Source: an uncultured Thermococci archaeon (lineage in GTDB: Archaea; Methanobacteriota_B; Thermococci; Thermococcales; Thermococcaceae). From it: a DNA stretch of 14,541 nt. The notes under the pieces were generated by a model. It was not told the origin of the DNA and ran no database searches. It was given only the letters and a program-made list of their open reading frames with translations. A program made the position numbers and the translations under genes. The DNA is taken from contig CAZAPD010000070.1 in the NCBI GenBank assembly GCA_964487115.1, positions 1 through 14,541 of the forward strand. Direction: 5' to 3'. Below, one piece after another: positions 1 to 7,343 of the stretch (within the stretch, counting starts at the first letter, position 1; each line of letters opens with the position of its first letter).

Positions 1-159
1 GACGAGCATTTTGTCCATTCCTTTTGGTCCGAGGGTTGTTCTGACTGTTTCTGCTATGATTCTTGCGGCGAGAATGTTTAATCTTTGAGCATCCCTTCCA
101 ACATACCTCTGAGTCCCCTCCGGCAAAATAACAACAGGCTGTCCACTCAATTGTGCCAT
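1..159 (-). CDS. thsA: Thermosome (group II chaperonin) subunit, probably alpha; 5' end only, continues off the left edge
   Basis: Manual translation from ATG at 157-159: [53 protein letters not shown], containing the CCT/thermosome signature [17 protein letters not shown] at 168-172 (-). Alpha vs beta is less certain (MAQLSG as I recall for Thermococcus alpha subunits). Confidence 0.95.
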   Translation of the reverse strand, partial: MAQLSGQPVVILPEGTQRYVGRDAQRLNILAARIIAETVRTTLGPKGMDKMLV

Positions 160-209
160 TTGACATTCCTCCTTTCCAAATCAATTTAGCAAAAACGCTT
201 CGTTAGTGC

Positions 210-226
210 TATATAAAAAGTTTTGG
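210..226 (-). promoter_or_regulatory. BRE/TATA promoter of the thermosome gene
   Basis: Minus strand reads CCAAAACTTTTTATATA: A-rich BRE followed by TTTATATA (210-217), about 50 nt upstream of the ATG. Confidence 0.7.
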
Positions 227-288
227 GTCAAAAATATCAACATAATAACATAAAATTGATAATATGACAAAATATTGGGGGAGATACT

Positions 289-304
289 CAAAAACATATT
301 TAAG
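289..304 (+). promoter_or_regulatory. Putative BRE/TATA for the hypothetical-bud32 operon
   Basis: CAAAAACA-TATTTAAG; last A of the box (303) is 24 nt before in-frame GTG 327, the same spacing seen for the mutS and eamA starts in this window. Confidence 0.5.
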
Positions 305-326
305 ACCAGAGTACAAATGGGTTAGG

Positions 327-653
327 GTGGGAACATTGGGGTTACCTCTTAAATATGGAGTAGATTCCAAAAATGTGAAGGAAATCCTTAGGAATCTCAA
401 GGAATATGGCCTCATCGATGTTGATGTGGAGAATGCAGCTTCTATATTTGATGATTTACTGCGAGATGAAGGGGAGAAAATACGCTATGCCCTTCAGCTC
501 ATAGAGGAAAATGGAATTGACTCGGCACATCTTGTTGTTATTGGGAATAGAGGAACTATTGTGGTTAAAATTGGAGGTGTCGTTTTGATACGGGCGGAAA
601 TTAAGGAATATAAAAAGCTTATCAGAGATTTTAAGCTGGAAGCAGAAAGGTGA
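327..653 (+). CDS. Hypothetical protein (~105-108 aa), upstream of and probably co-transcribed with bud32
   Basis: ORF 264..653 in the track; likely real start GTG 327 (leaderless spacing from TATA) or TTG 336 (AGGGTGG at 324-330). Thermococcales-like K/E/I/V-rich composition; stop TGA overlaps the bud32 SD (AGGTGA). No family recognised. Confidence 0.7.
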   Translation: MGTLGLPLKYGVDSKNVKEILRNLKEYGLIDVDVENAASIFDDLLRDEGEKIRYALQLIEENGIDSAHLVVIGNRGTIVVKIGGVVLIRAEIKEYKKLIRDFKLEAER

Positions 654-657
654 TAAA

Positions 658-1326
658 ATGCAGCTTATAAAACAAGGTGCAGAGGCAAAGATATACCTTG
701 GAAGTTTTGGCGAAGTATTTGGGGCTAACCTACTTGGGGATGAAAAGGTAATTATCAAACACAGGATTCCAAAGCGCTACCGTATAAAGGAGATAGACCT
801 AAAGCTCAGAAAAGAGCGAACGGTTAGGGAAGCCCGGATTCTACACAGAGCAAAAGAGTTTGGTGTGAACTGTCCTTATGTTTATGAGGTCGACATGAAG
901 GATATGAGAATAGTGATGGAGTTCATAGATGGCGAGCGTTTGAAGGAGCTTTTAGAAGAGATTCCAATAGAAGAGAGGCTAAAACTCTGTCGGGAAGTTG
1001 GGCGACAGATTGGAAAGCTCCACGAGGCGGGTATAGTCCATGGTGATTTAACCACCAGCAACATGATACTCCGCGGTGGAAAGGTTTACCTGATAGACTT
1101 TGGACTGGCAGATTTTGATCAGACCCTTGAGGCCAGAGGTGTTGACCTGCACCTACTCAAGCGCGCTATGGAGAGCACTCACTACAAATGGTTTGAGAAG
1201 GCATTTGAGGCAGTTCTGGAGGGTTATGCCGAGGTCAGAGGCAGGGAGAAGGCTGAAGAGATCAAGGGAAAGATTGAGGAAATAGAGAGCCGCGGCAGAT
1301 ACAGGGAAAGGAGATGGACTGGCTGA
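658..1326 (+). CDS. bud32: KEOPS complex kinase/ATPase Bud32 (Kae1-associated, t6A tRNA modification)
   Basis: N-terminal KQGAEA, K-x-R-x-PKRYR, RTVREAR, catalytic loop HGDLTTSN, DFGL, GVDLHLL and C-terminal RGRY are Bud32/PRPK hallmarks; SD AGGTGA 4 nt upstream. Confidence 0.95.
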   Translation: MQLIKQGAEAKIYLGSFGEVFGANLLGDEKVIIKHRIPKRYRIKEIDLKLRKERTVREARILHRAKEFGVNCPYVYEVDMKDMRIVMEFIDGERLKELLEEIPIEERLKLCREVGRQIGKLHEAGIVHGDLTTSNMILRGGKVYLIDFGLADFDQTLEARGVDLHLLKRAMESTHYKWFEKAFEAVLEGYAEVRGREKAEEIKGKIEEIESRGRYRERRWTG

Positions 1327-1349
1327 GATTGATGCCCATATCTTTCGAA

Positions 1350-1379
1350 GGTCAGGTTTAGCGGATAAAAATCATCACC
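1350..1379 (-). ncRNA. Possible box C/D (K-turn) motif; candidate small guide RNA or fragment
   Basis: Minus strand GGTGATGA-TTTTTATCCGCTAAAC-CTGA-CC: perfect C box GTGATGA (1372-1378) and D box CTGA (1352-1355) in the 64-nt gap between convergent genes; a second C'/D' pair is not evident. Confidence 0.3.
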
Positions 1380-1390
1380 AAGAATTCCTT

Positions 1391-3103
1391 TCACTCCCTG
1401 AACGCATTCAACACCTTTCTAAGGATTTCCTTCTCTTCTTTATTTCCCTTCTTTGTTAGACTTTCAACAATTAGTTCTGGGGTACTTCTACCTAAACGGC
1501 CAAAATTAGGTTGTCTATCGACAATGAGGTTAAAATACTCATCGAGTCCTTTTGCCTCGATTCCATCAATTCTGGCAAATGGGAGCTCTCTCTTTAATTC
1601 TTCTCCCAGATGGGATACGATAACTACATAAAATCCCTTTTCGTGGGCTATTTGTAAAAGCTCCCCAATTATCTTAACGGCTGCTCCGGGTTCTGTTATG
1701 GCCTCAAATTCATCTATTAAAATAAGCTTTTTCCCTGAACCCTTAAGTGCACGCACGAAGGATTTTAAAGCCGTCTCAAAAGCTCCAGCTCCATAATGGC
1801 TCCTCTTTCGCCTGAAGAAGAACAGCTCGTCCAGTGGTTCAATCCAAGCTTTTTTGGCTGGAACTGGAAATCCCATGTGTGTTAAGATTACGATTTGAGA
1901 AATAAGTTCCAGAAGAGAAGTTTTTCCACCGCTATTAGCTCCAGTGAGGATGACGATGCTTTCTCCATTTACTCCATCAAAGCTCCATGGTATTTTTCCG
2001 ACGGCATAGCTAACCGGCTGGGGGTTTTTAATGAAGATATGCCTTCCGTTGAGGAATCCAACTCCTTCCGGGATTAACTCAGGGAAAGTGAAGCCCTCTG
2101 TAAATTCTTTAACTGCCCTCAAAAAGTCCAGCTCATAAACTCTGGTGAGTTCTTCCTTTAGTTTAGGTAAGTGGGGAAGAATTTTCTGAAGAACTTCTCT
2201 GCTTCTTAGATAAAGCTCGAGTTTGAGTTCTTTCTCCATAGCTTGTCTCAGGAGTTCAACCCTCTCTGCGGGAATACCAACAGGATATAATTCCTCATGG
2301 GAGAAAAGTTCCACTGTAATTCCAAGTTTTTCACTCAGTTCCTTCTCTGTTCTGTTAATGTCCTCGAGAATTTCATCCTCAATCTCACCAAAGTGTCTAA
2401 AAATTGCCTCGTAATTCCCAGCTTTCAGTTCATTCAGGAAATTAAGGAGGTCTTTCCCTGTGAGGGTTAGGCTAAATTTTTCAAGCTTTTTGGCAATCTT
2501 CTTATTAAGTTCATGCTCTTTTTCGGTGAGAATTTCTTCAAGGTCATCAAGGAGTGTTCTTCTCTTCATAACCTCTTCAAGCTCATTTATTTCCCGGAGA
2601 ATTTCGCTTGCAACGCTCTTCTCCCCGGTGAGCTGGCCTATACTCACGAGGGCTTGAAGCGTCTCTCTGTTCTCCCATAGAGGCATGATGTAGAGCTCGG
2701 GGGCTACATCCGAAGGGGTAAGCTCAACGTCGATGCCGTAGCCAACGGTGCTGAGGACGAGGGGATAGCCTTCGGCATCTTCAAGGCTCGTCGAGACCTC
2801 ACAGAGGTTTAAATTCTCCGCTTTTTCAAGCTCACTCTCATCGACTATCAGAACCCTGTCATGGAGGAAGTCGCGCCTGAATTTTATAGGCCGAACCTTC
2901 GAGAGATATTTCCTGAGTTCAGGCCGGATTTTCGACAGGTTCTCTTTGAAATACGCCTGTCTACGGAGGATTTCATCCCCCTCAGAAACCGGTTCAAACT
3001 CCTCCAGAAAAGCCGAGCTTCCAGGAAGGACTAACCGCTTCTTTATTTCATCGCGGATGGCCTTGTATATGACCCTCGCCTCGGGATTTAGCTTGAGTGT
3101 CAT
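1391..3103 (-). CDS. Archaeal MutS-like ATPase (MutS2/MutS5-type, no mismatch-recognition or Smr domain evident)
   Basis: 570 aa; C-terminal MutS domain V: GRH motif, Walker A ILTGANSGGKT, LTHMGFPVPA, GAFETAL, Walker B LILIDEFE, IVSH; long helical middle region. Confidence 0.88.
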   Translation of the reverse strand: MTLKLNPEARVIYKAIRDEIKKRLVLPGSSAFLEEFEPVSEGDEILRRQAYFKENLSKIRPELRKYLSKVRPIKFRRDFLHDRVLIVDESELEKAENLNLCEVSTSLEDAEGYPLVLSTVGYGIDVELTPSDVAPELYIMPLWENRETLQALVSIGQLTGEKSVASEILREINELEEVMKRRTLLDDLEEILTEKEHELNKKIAKKLEKFSLTLTGKDLLNFLNELKAGNYEAIFRHFGEIEDEILEDINRTEKELSEKLGITVELFSHEELYPVGIPAERVELLRQAMEKELKLELYLRSREVLQKILPHLPKLKEELTRVYELDFLRAVKEFTEGFTFPELIPEGVGFLNGRHIFIKNPQPVSYAVGKIPWSFDGVNGESIVILTGANSGGKTSLLELISQIVILTHMGFPVPAKKAWIEPLDELFFFRRKRSHYGAGAFETALKSFVRALKGSGKKLILIDEFEAITEPGAAVKIIGELLQIAHEKGFYVVIVSHLGEELKRELPFARIDGIEAKGLDEYFNLIVDRQPNFGRLGRSTPELIVESLTKKGNKEEKEILRKVLNAFRE

Positions 3104-3126
3104 CGTTCAAGAAATTGGCTGAAGTC

Positions 3127-3142
3127 TAAAAAAACCTTCCGA
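3127..3142 (-). promoter_or_regulatory. Putative BRE/TATA of the mutS-like gene (leaderless transcript)
   Basis: Minus strand CGGAAGG-TTTTTTTA, ending 24 nt before ATG 3103; no SD in between. Confidence 0.45.
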
Positions 3143-3183
3143 CATTCACCCTCTCACGCCAGCACACTTCATCAATTATCCCT

Positions 3184-3198
3184 GGGAAATTTTATAAG
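3184..3198 (+). promoter_or_regulatory. BRE/TATA for the 3221..3691 ORF
   Basis: GGGAAA-TTTTATAAG, consensus-like Thermococcales promoter; predicted TSS about 3219-3221. Confidence 0.6.
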
Positions 3199-3220
3199 AC
3201 TCCTTAGGCCCAGCTACCAC

Positions 3221-3691
3221 TTCAGAATATGGGCGCTGGAGTTCGATAGCGGGAAGTTCGCGGAAGGCCTGAGGCGGAAAGATATTCACGTCGCCGAGCT
3301 GAGGGAAGACTGGGATGTCGAGCTCACGGTCGATGCTTTTCTTGCGTCGACCTTTGGAGAGTACGTTTATCTCATGAAGTTCAAGGACGGGATCAAACTG
3401 CTAGCAAGAACCACCGACCCTCTTACGAAGGAATTCAAGCCCAAAGAAAACGCATACCTAGTGAAGAAAGAGGGAGCGCTGAAAAAGCTCATCCTAATCC
3501 AGACTTCAACGATGATGAAGATACTGATGGCCTTCCAGCCCTTTGTCATCTGGGTGCCCCTTGTATTCGGCCTTCAGTATTTAGACGAGAGATACCCGTT
3601 CGCAGGTTTCTTCCTCGTGCTTCTGGGCTTCTTTCTCAATGATCTGCTTAAAATCCTCGAATATTTTATCCTGGGATACTGCAGGGAATGA
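3221..3691 (+). CDS. Hypothetical membrane protein (~156 aa, two C-terminal hydrophobic segments); start codon uncertain, possible incipient pseudogene
   Basis: Track ORF 3374..3691 extends upstream in frame without stops: (F)RIWALEFDSGKFAEGLRRKDIHVAELREDWDVELTVDAFLASTFGEYVYL-MKFKD...; no ATG/GTG/TTG in frame before 3374; TTC sits at the expected leaderless start position 3221. Confidence 0.6.
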   Translation, partial: FRIWALEFDSGKFAEGLRRKDIHVAELREDWDVELTVDAFLASTFGEYVYLMKFKDGIKLLARTTDPLTKEFKPKENAYLVKKEGALKKLILIQTSTMMKILMAFQPFVIWVPLVFGLQYLDERYPFAGFFLVLLGFFLNDLLKILEYFILGYCRE

Positions 3692-3704
3692 GAAAAGAAA
3701 GACC

Positions 3705-4175
3705 TCAGCCTTCTCCCTTCACCTTCTCCACGACGTGAACGTCTTCGATCCTCGTAAACGGATACTGACCCTGCTCGTCCTTCTCGACGGCCTTAACCAT
3801 GTCCCATATAGTCAGCAGCGCGAGGGTTACCCCCGTCAGGGCCTCCATCTCAACCCCTGTCTTGTAGTGTGCTCTCACCTCACATGTTGCTTCAATGTAG
3901 TCCTCGCCAAACGTGAATGTTATATCAACGCCGGTTAACGGTATTGGATGGCAGAGCGGAATCAGCTCAGGCGTCTTTTTGACGGCCAGAATTCCAGCAA
4001 TCTGTGCCGTTGCAATAACGTTGCCCTTCTTAGTCTTCCCGGCTTTTATCAGCTCTATAGTCTCTGGCTTAAGCTTTATTCTGCCCTTCGCTACAGCCTT
4101 TCTGAAGACTTCCCTCTTGTGCCCGACCTCAACCATTTTGACACCCTTTTCATCAACGTGTGTTAAATCTCCCAT
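3705..4175 (-). CDS. moaC: Cyclic pyranopterin monophosphate synthase MoaC (molybdenum/tungsten cofactor biosynthesis)
   Basis: [47 protein letters not shown] signature motifs. Confidence 0.97.
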   Translation of the reverse strand: MGDLTHVDEKGVKMVEVGHKREVFRKAVAKGRIKLKPETIELIKAGKTKKGNVIATAQIAGILAVKKTPELIPLCHPIPLTGVDITFTFGEDYIEATCEVRAHYKTGVEMEALTGVTLALLTIWDMVKAVEKDEQGQYPFTRIEDVHVVEKVKGEG

Positions 4176-4198
4176 TTTACCACCCGATATACATTAAG

Positions 4199-4213
4199 CG
4201 TAAAGTTTAAAAT
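4199..4213. promoter_or_regulatory. TATA element in the moaC/ABC divergent intergenic region, possibly used in both directions
   Basis: CGTAAAG-TTTAAAAT on + (4206-4213); reads TTTTAAAC on -, at plausible distance from both moaC SD and ABC leader. Confidence 0.45.
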
Positions 4214-4272
4214 CCTGTTCCCTAATCCTACTTTGGATTATCTTAAATTTACCACATAGAGGTGTGAGTGAG

Positions 4273-5202
4273 ATGTCATCCCCTGCAATAATTATTGAGA
4301 ATTTAACAAAATCATATGGGAACCTGAAAGCTGTAGACAATCTCAGTTTAGAAGTTGAGGAGGGGATTGTATTTGGGTTTTTGGGCCCAAACGGGGCGGG
4401 AAAAACTACGACTATTCTTAGCATGCTTGGCCTTATTATCCCCGATAATGGAAAAGTAATGCTCTTGGGACATGATATCTCAAGGGAGCCTGTAAAAATC
4501 AAGGAAAGGATTGGATATCTGCCCGAAAATGCCACTGTTTATGGGGAGCTGACTGCTTGGAAAAATCTTGAATTTTTTGCCAATTTTTACAGGATGTCAA
4601 AATCAGAAAAGGAAAAAAAGATAGAAGAACTGTTGAAACTGGTTGGCCTTTGGGATGTTAGATATAGAAAGGCTAAAACATTTTCAAAAGGTATGAAACA
4701 GAGATTGTTAATAGCTCAGACGTTCATAAATGATCCCGAGCTCCTCATCCTTGATGAACCTACCAGTGGCCTTGATCCGGAGGGAGCACGCCTTGTTAAG
4801 GATTTAATAAGGGATGCCAGATCTGAGGGAAAAACTGTCTTCTTCTCCTCCCATATACTCAGTGAGGTGGAGGAGCTGAGTAATAAAGTCGGTATAATTG
4901 TTTCAGGTAAATTAAAGGCAGTTGGCAGCATTAGAGACATAAAAAAAGAATTTATGGAGCTTGAGGGGTATGAGATAAAACTTGAGACAAAAGAGCCACT
5001 TCCGAAGATAGATCATCCTGAAATCATCAGGATGGAATTTGTTGGGAGTAACAGAGCTGTAATTTTTGCTAAACGTGATATTAGAGAGGACATCTCCCGT
5101 TACCTAAGCAATCACGATATTACAATATTAAGCCTTGAAATTGAGGAACCCAGCTTGGAGGATGTTTTTCTCAGGACTATATATGGGAGGGATAGAGAAT
5201 GA
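4273..5202 (+). CDS. ABC transporter ATP-binding protein (ABC-2/CcmA/NosF-like exporter type)
   Basis: Walker A GPNGAGKT, Q-loop GYLPE, signature FSKGMKQR, Walker B LILDEPTSGLDP, SSH switch, C-terminal SLEDVF. ATG 4273 preferred over GTG 4264 because SD GAGGTG lies at 4259-4264. Confidence 0.95.
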   Translation: MSSPAIIIENLTKSYGNLKAVDNLSLEVEEGIVFGFLGPNGAGKTTTILSMLGLIIPDNGKVMLLGHDISREPVKIKERIGYLPENATVYGELTAWKNLEFFANFYRMSKSEKEKKIEELLKLVGLWDVRYRKAKTFSKGMKQRLLIAQTFINDPELLILDEPTSGLDPEGARLVKDLIRDARSEGKTVFFSSHILSEVEELSNKVGIIVSGKLKAVGSIRDIKKEFMELEGYEIKLETKEPLPKIDHPEIIRMEFVGSNRAVIFAKRDIREDISRYLSNHDITILSLEIEEPSLEDVFLRTIYGRDRE

Positions 5203-7343
5203 AAAAAGCTGTTTTGGCTTTAGTTTTAATAGCGTTTTTAGTGCCCTTTGTTGTGGCCCAGCCTTATATCACAGTTTTTCAGGGAAAACTATTTCCCGGG
5301 GAGAGTTTGTTAGTTGGTGACTACAATGTGAAAATCGTACAGGCCATAAACGGCACATATTACATTATGGTAAACAATGGAAGCAACACTGTGGAGCTTA
5401 GACCTTTCGTGTTTGGAACGAAGATTGAACTGAAAGATATAAGGATAACTTTGGGAAGCTATACTGATGGCGGATTTCTAATTGTTTCTGTTAAACCAAA
5501 ACTTATCGCGAAGCTTCCAGCCAAGCCCGGTGAAAGCATATCATTTAATGGGAACAACATTAAAGTTCTCGCTGTTAATAATGAAAGCGCCGCAGTATCT
5601 GTGAATGGCATCAGAGAGACTGTTCCAATAAACAGTACTGCAACTTTAGATTTGATTATGCTGGAATACACAGGAAATGTTGTAAATGTTTATGCTGCTG
5701 AAAAGATATCCAAATCTTCCAGCCGGGGATATTCTGTGTTCTATGCTGTGCAGTCCCTCAGAACTTCAGGTCCAGTTGACATCCCTATTTCAATAACAAG
5801 TAGCTCAAGTTCAGAACTGAGCCTACCGCTTAGGGTAATTTCAGCGCCCGAAAATTGGAAGGCCGGTTTTATTTATAACGGACTCGTTGTTACCAGGATC
5901 AATATTCCACCAAAAGGCTCAACAACAGTATATCTCCACGTTGAACCCTATGGAGCAGGAAGCGTGAAATTTGAGATTGGGAGTTTTATCGGTGAGGTGC
6001 ATATTTTTAAAGAAACGGGGATTGAGGTTATCATTCCGTACAATACTATAGAGGCTGAAGCGGGCCAGAGTATTGCTATACCAATTTCTTTCAAGGGTAA
6101 CGGCAATGCGAAATTCACTCCTGTTGAGATACCTTCCGGATGGGACATGTACCTGACAAATGGACAATACAGATTGAGAAGCTTTGAGGTTGATGGAAGT
6201 TTCAGTCTAAATCTCATGATTAAAATCCCCAGAAATGCAACTCTGGGATATCACAAGCTTTCATTCGAGATCAATGGAGAAAAGCACTATATTGGCGTAT
6301 ACATTTACAGGACCTATTTAGGGCAACCTGCAAAACTTCATGTGCGTCTCCTCGACACTACTGGAAGTCCAATAACTCAAGGATGGGTAAGTGTTGGAAA
6401 CAAGAATTTAACCGTGAGCCAAAATGGAGAAGCTATCTTTGAGCTTTCTCCGGGTGAATACACAATAAAAGCTCATGCTGAAGGTTATATCCCCAAAGAG
6501 GAAAAGGTGAGGTTAGGGGATGGTGAATCCAAAGACATACAAATTACGCTTGAAAGATCACCCTATTATTTTGATGTTAAGCTCCAGAGTGATGTTGTTG
6601 CAATCCAAGCAGGAATGAGTGGAAAGCTTGAGCTTTCAATTAGGAACCTTGGTAGCAGGGACGATGAATATACGCTTGAGATAGAGGGATTACCCTCTGG
6701 ATGGGATTACATGGTTAGTCAGGACCCAAGTGGCTCAGTCCCTATAAGCACGGTGAGCCTCGCCAGTGGTAGCACTTCAACGGTTTATATTATAATCTCC
6801 CCTCCATTTAATGCTCAGCCTGGAGAGATAAAAGGAAAATTGGTTGTTAAAGGAAGAGGGGGAGAAAAAAGTGTCCCCGTAACCCTCAGAATCATAGGGA
6901 GCTATAACTTACACTTGGAAGCATCACCTCCCTCAGTAACCGTCAAGAGTGGTGGCTCATCAGCAGTTTCCCTTGGTCTAACCAGCGACATGGGAGTTGT
7001 AACAAACGTAAAATTCTCTGTGCAGGCGCCTAATGGATGGAAAGTAGAGGTTGTCCCAAACACCATTCCAAGGGTTGGGTATGCAGAAGTAACCGGAACT
7101 GGACAGGTGAAGGTTATAAGTAGCGGATTTGCTTCTGCTGAATTAAGAATTAAGGTTCCTAAATCCGCTCCTGCTGGGACATATACTATCAAGGTCACGG
7201 CAACAGGTGATCAAGCTGCTGCGGATACAACAGTTGCGGTAAGAGTCGTCCAAAGCTCGGGTTTCACATATCTCGGCGTCCTGATTCTAATCGGTGCATT
7301 TGCTCTGGTTATCTGGATGATGAGGAGGGTTGGGAGGAGATGA
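5199..7343 (+). CDS. Secreted, C-terminally anchored beta-rich surface protein with repeated NEW3/COG1470-like Ig domains and a PEGA/carboxypeptidase-regulatory-like domain
   Basis: Signal peptide MKKAVLALVLIAFLVPFVVA; four P-x-[GN]-W motifs (PENW, PSGW, PSGW, PNGW), three followed by P-x-x-A-x-x-G; GEYTIKAHAEGY PEGA-like motif; C-terminal TM + RRVGRR; ATGA overlaps with both neighbours. Confidence 0.8.
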   Translation: MKKAVLALVLIAFLVPFVVAQPYITVFQGKLFPGESLLVGDYNVKIVQAINGTYYIMVNNGSNTVELRPFVFGTKIELKDIRITLGSYTDGGFLIVSVKPKLIAKLPAKPGESISFNGNNIKVLAVNNESAAVSVNGIRETVPINSTATLDLIMLEYTGNVVNVYAAEKISKSSSRGYSVFYAVQSLRTSGPVDIPISITSSSSSELSLPLRVISAPENWKAGFIYNGLVVTRINIPPKGSTTVYLHVEPYGAGSVKFEIGSFIGEVHIFKETGIEVIIPYNTIEAEAGQSIAIPISFKGNGNAKFTPVEIPSGWDMYLTNGQYRLRSFEVDGSFSLNLMIKIPRNATLGYHKLSFEINGEKHYIGVYIYRTYLGQPAKLHVRLLDTTGSPITQGWVSVGNKNLTVSQNGEAIFELSPGEYTIKAHAEGYIPKEEKVRLGDGESKDIQITLERSPYYFDVKLQSDVVAIQAGMSGKLELSIRNLGSRDDEYTLEIEGLPSGWDYMVSQDPSGSVPISTVSLASGSTSTVYIIISPPFNAQPGEIKGKLVVKGRGGEKSVPVTLRIIGSYNLHLEASPPSVTVKSGGSSAVSLGLTSDMGVVTNVKFSVQAPNGWKVEVVPNTIPRVGYAEVTGTGQVKVISSGFASAELRIKVPKSAPAGTYTIKVTATGDQAAADTTVAVRVVQSSGFTYLGVLILIGAFALVIWMMRRVGRR

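Noticed and set aside
264..326. N-terminal extension of the hypothetical ORF from ATG 264
   Set aside because: No SD, and the stretch contains the likely BRE/TATA (289-304); later start preferred.
1391..3103. Canonical MutS/MutL mismatch-repair system
   Set aside because: Protein is short, no N-terminal mismatch-binding motif recognised and no mutL in the window; fits the known archaeal MutS-like family.
3194..3208. ATAAGACTC resembling the core of Thermococcales CRISPR repeats (also GTTGCAATAA near 4009 inside moaC)
   Set aside because: Single short matches with no repeat-spacer periodicity; explained by a TATA box and moaC codons.
7256..7343. C-terminal SGF + TM + basic tail as a PGF-CTERM archaeosortase signal
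   Set aside because: Lacks the Pro of PGF; treated as an ordinary TM anchor.
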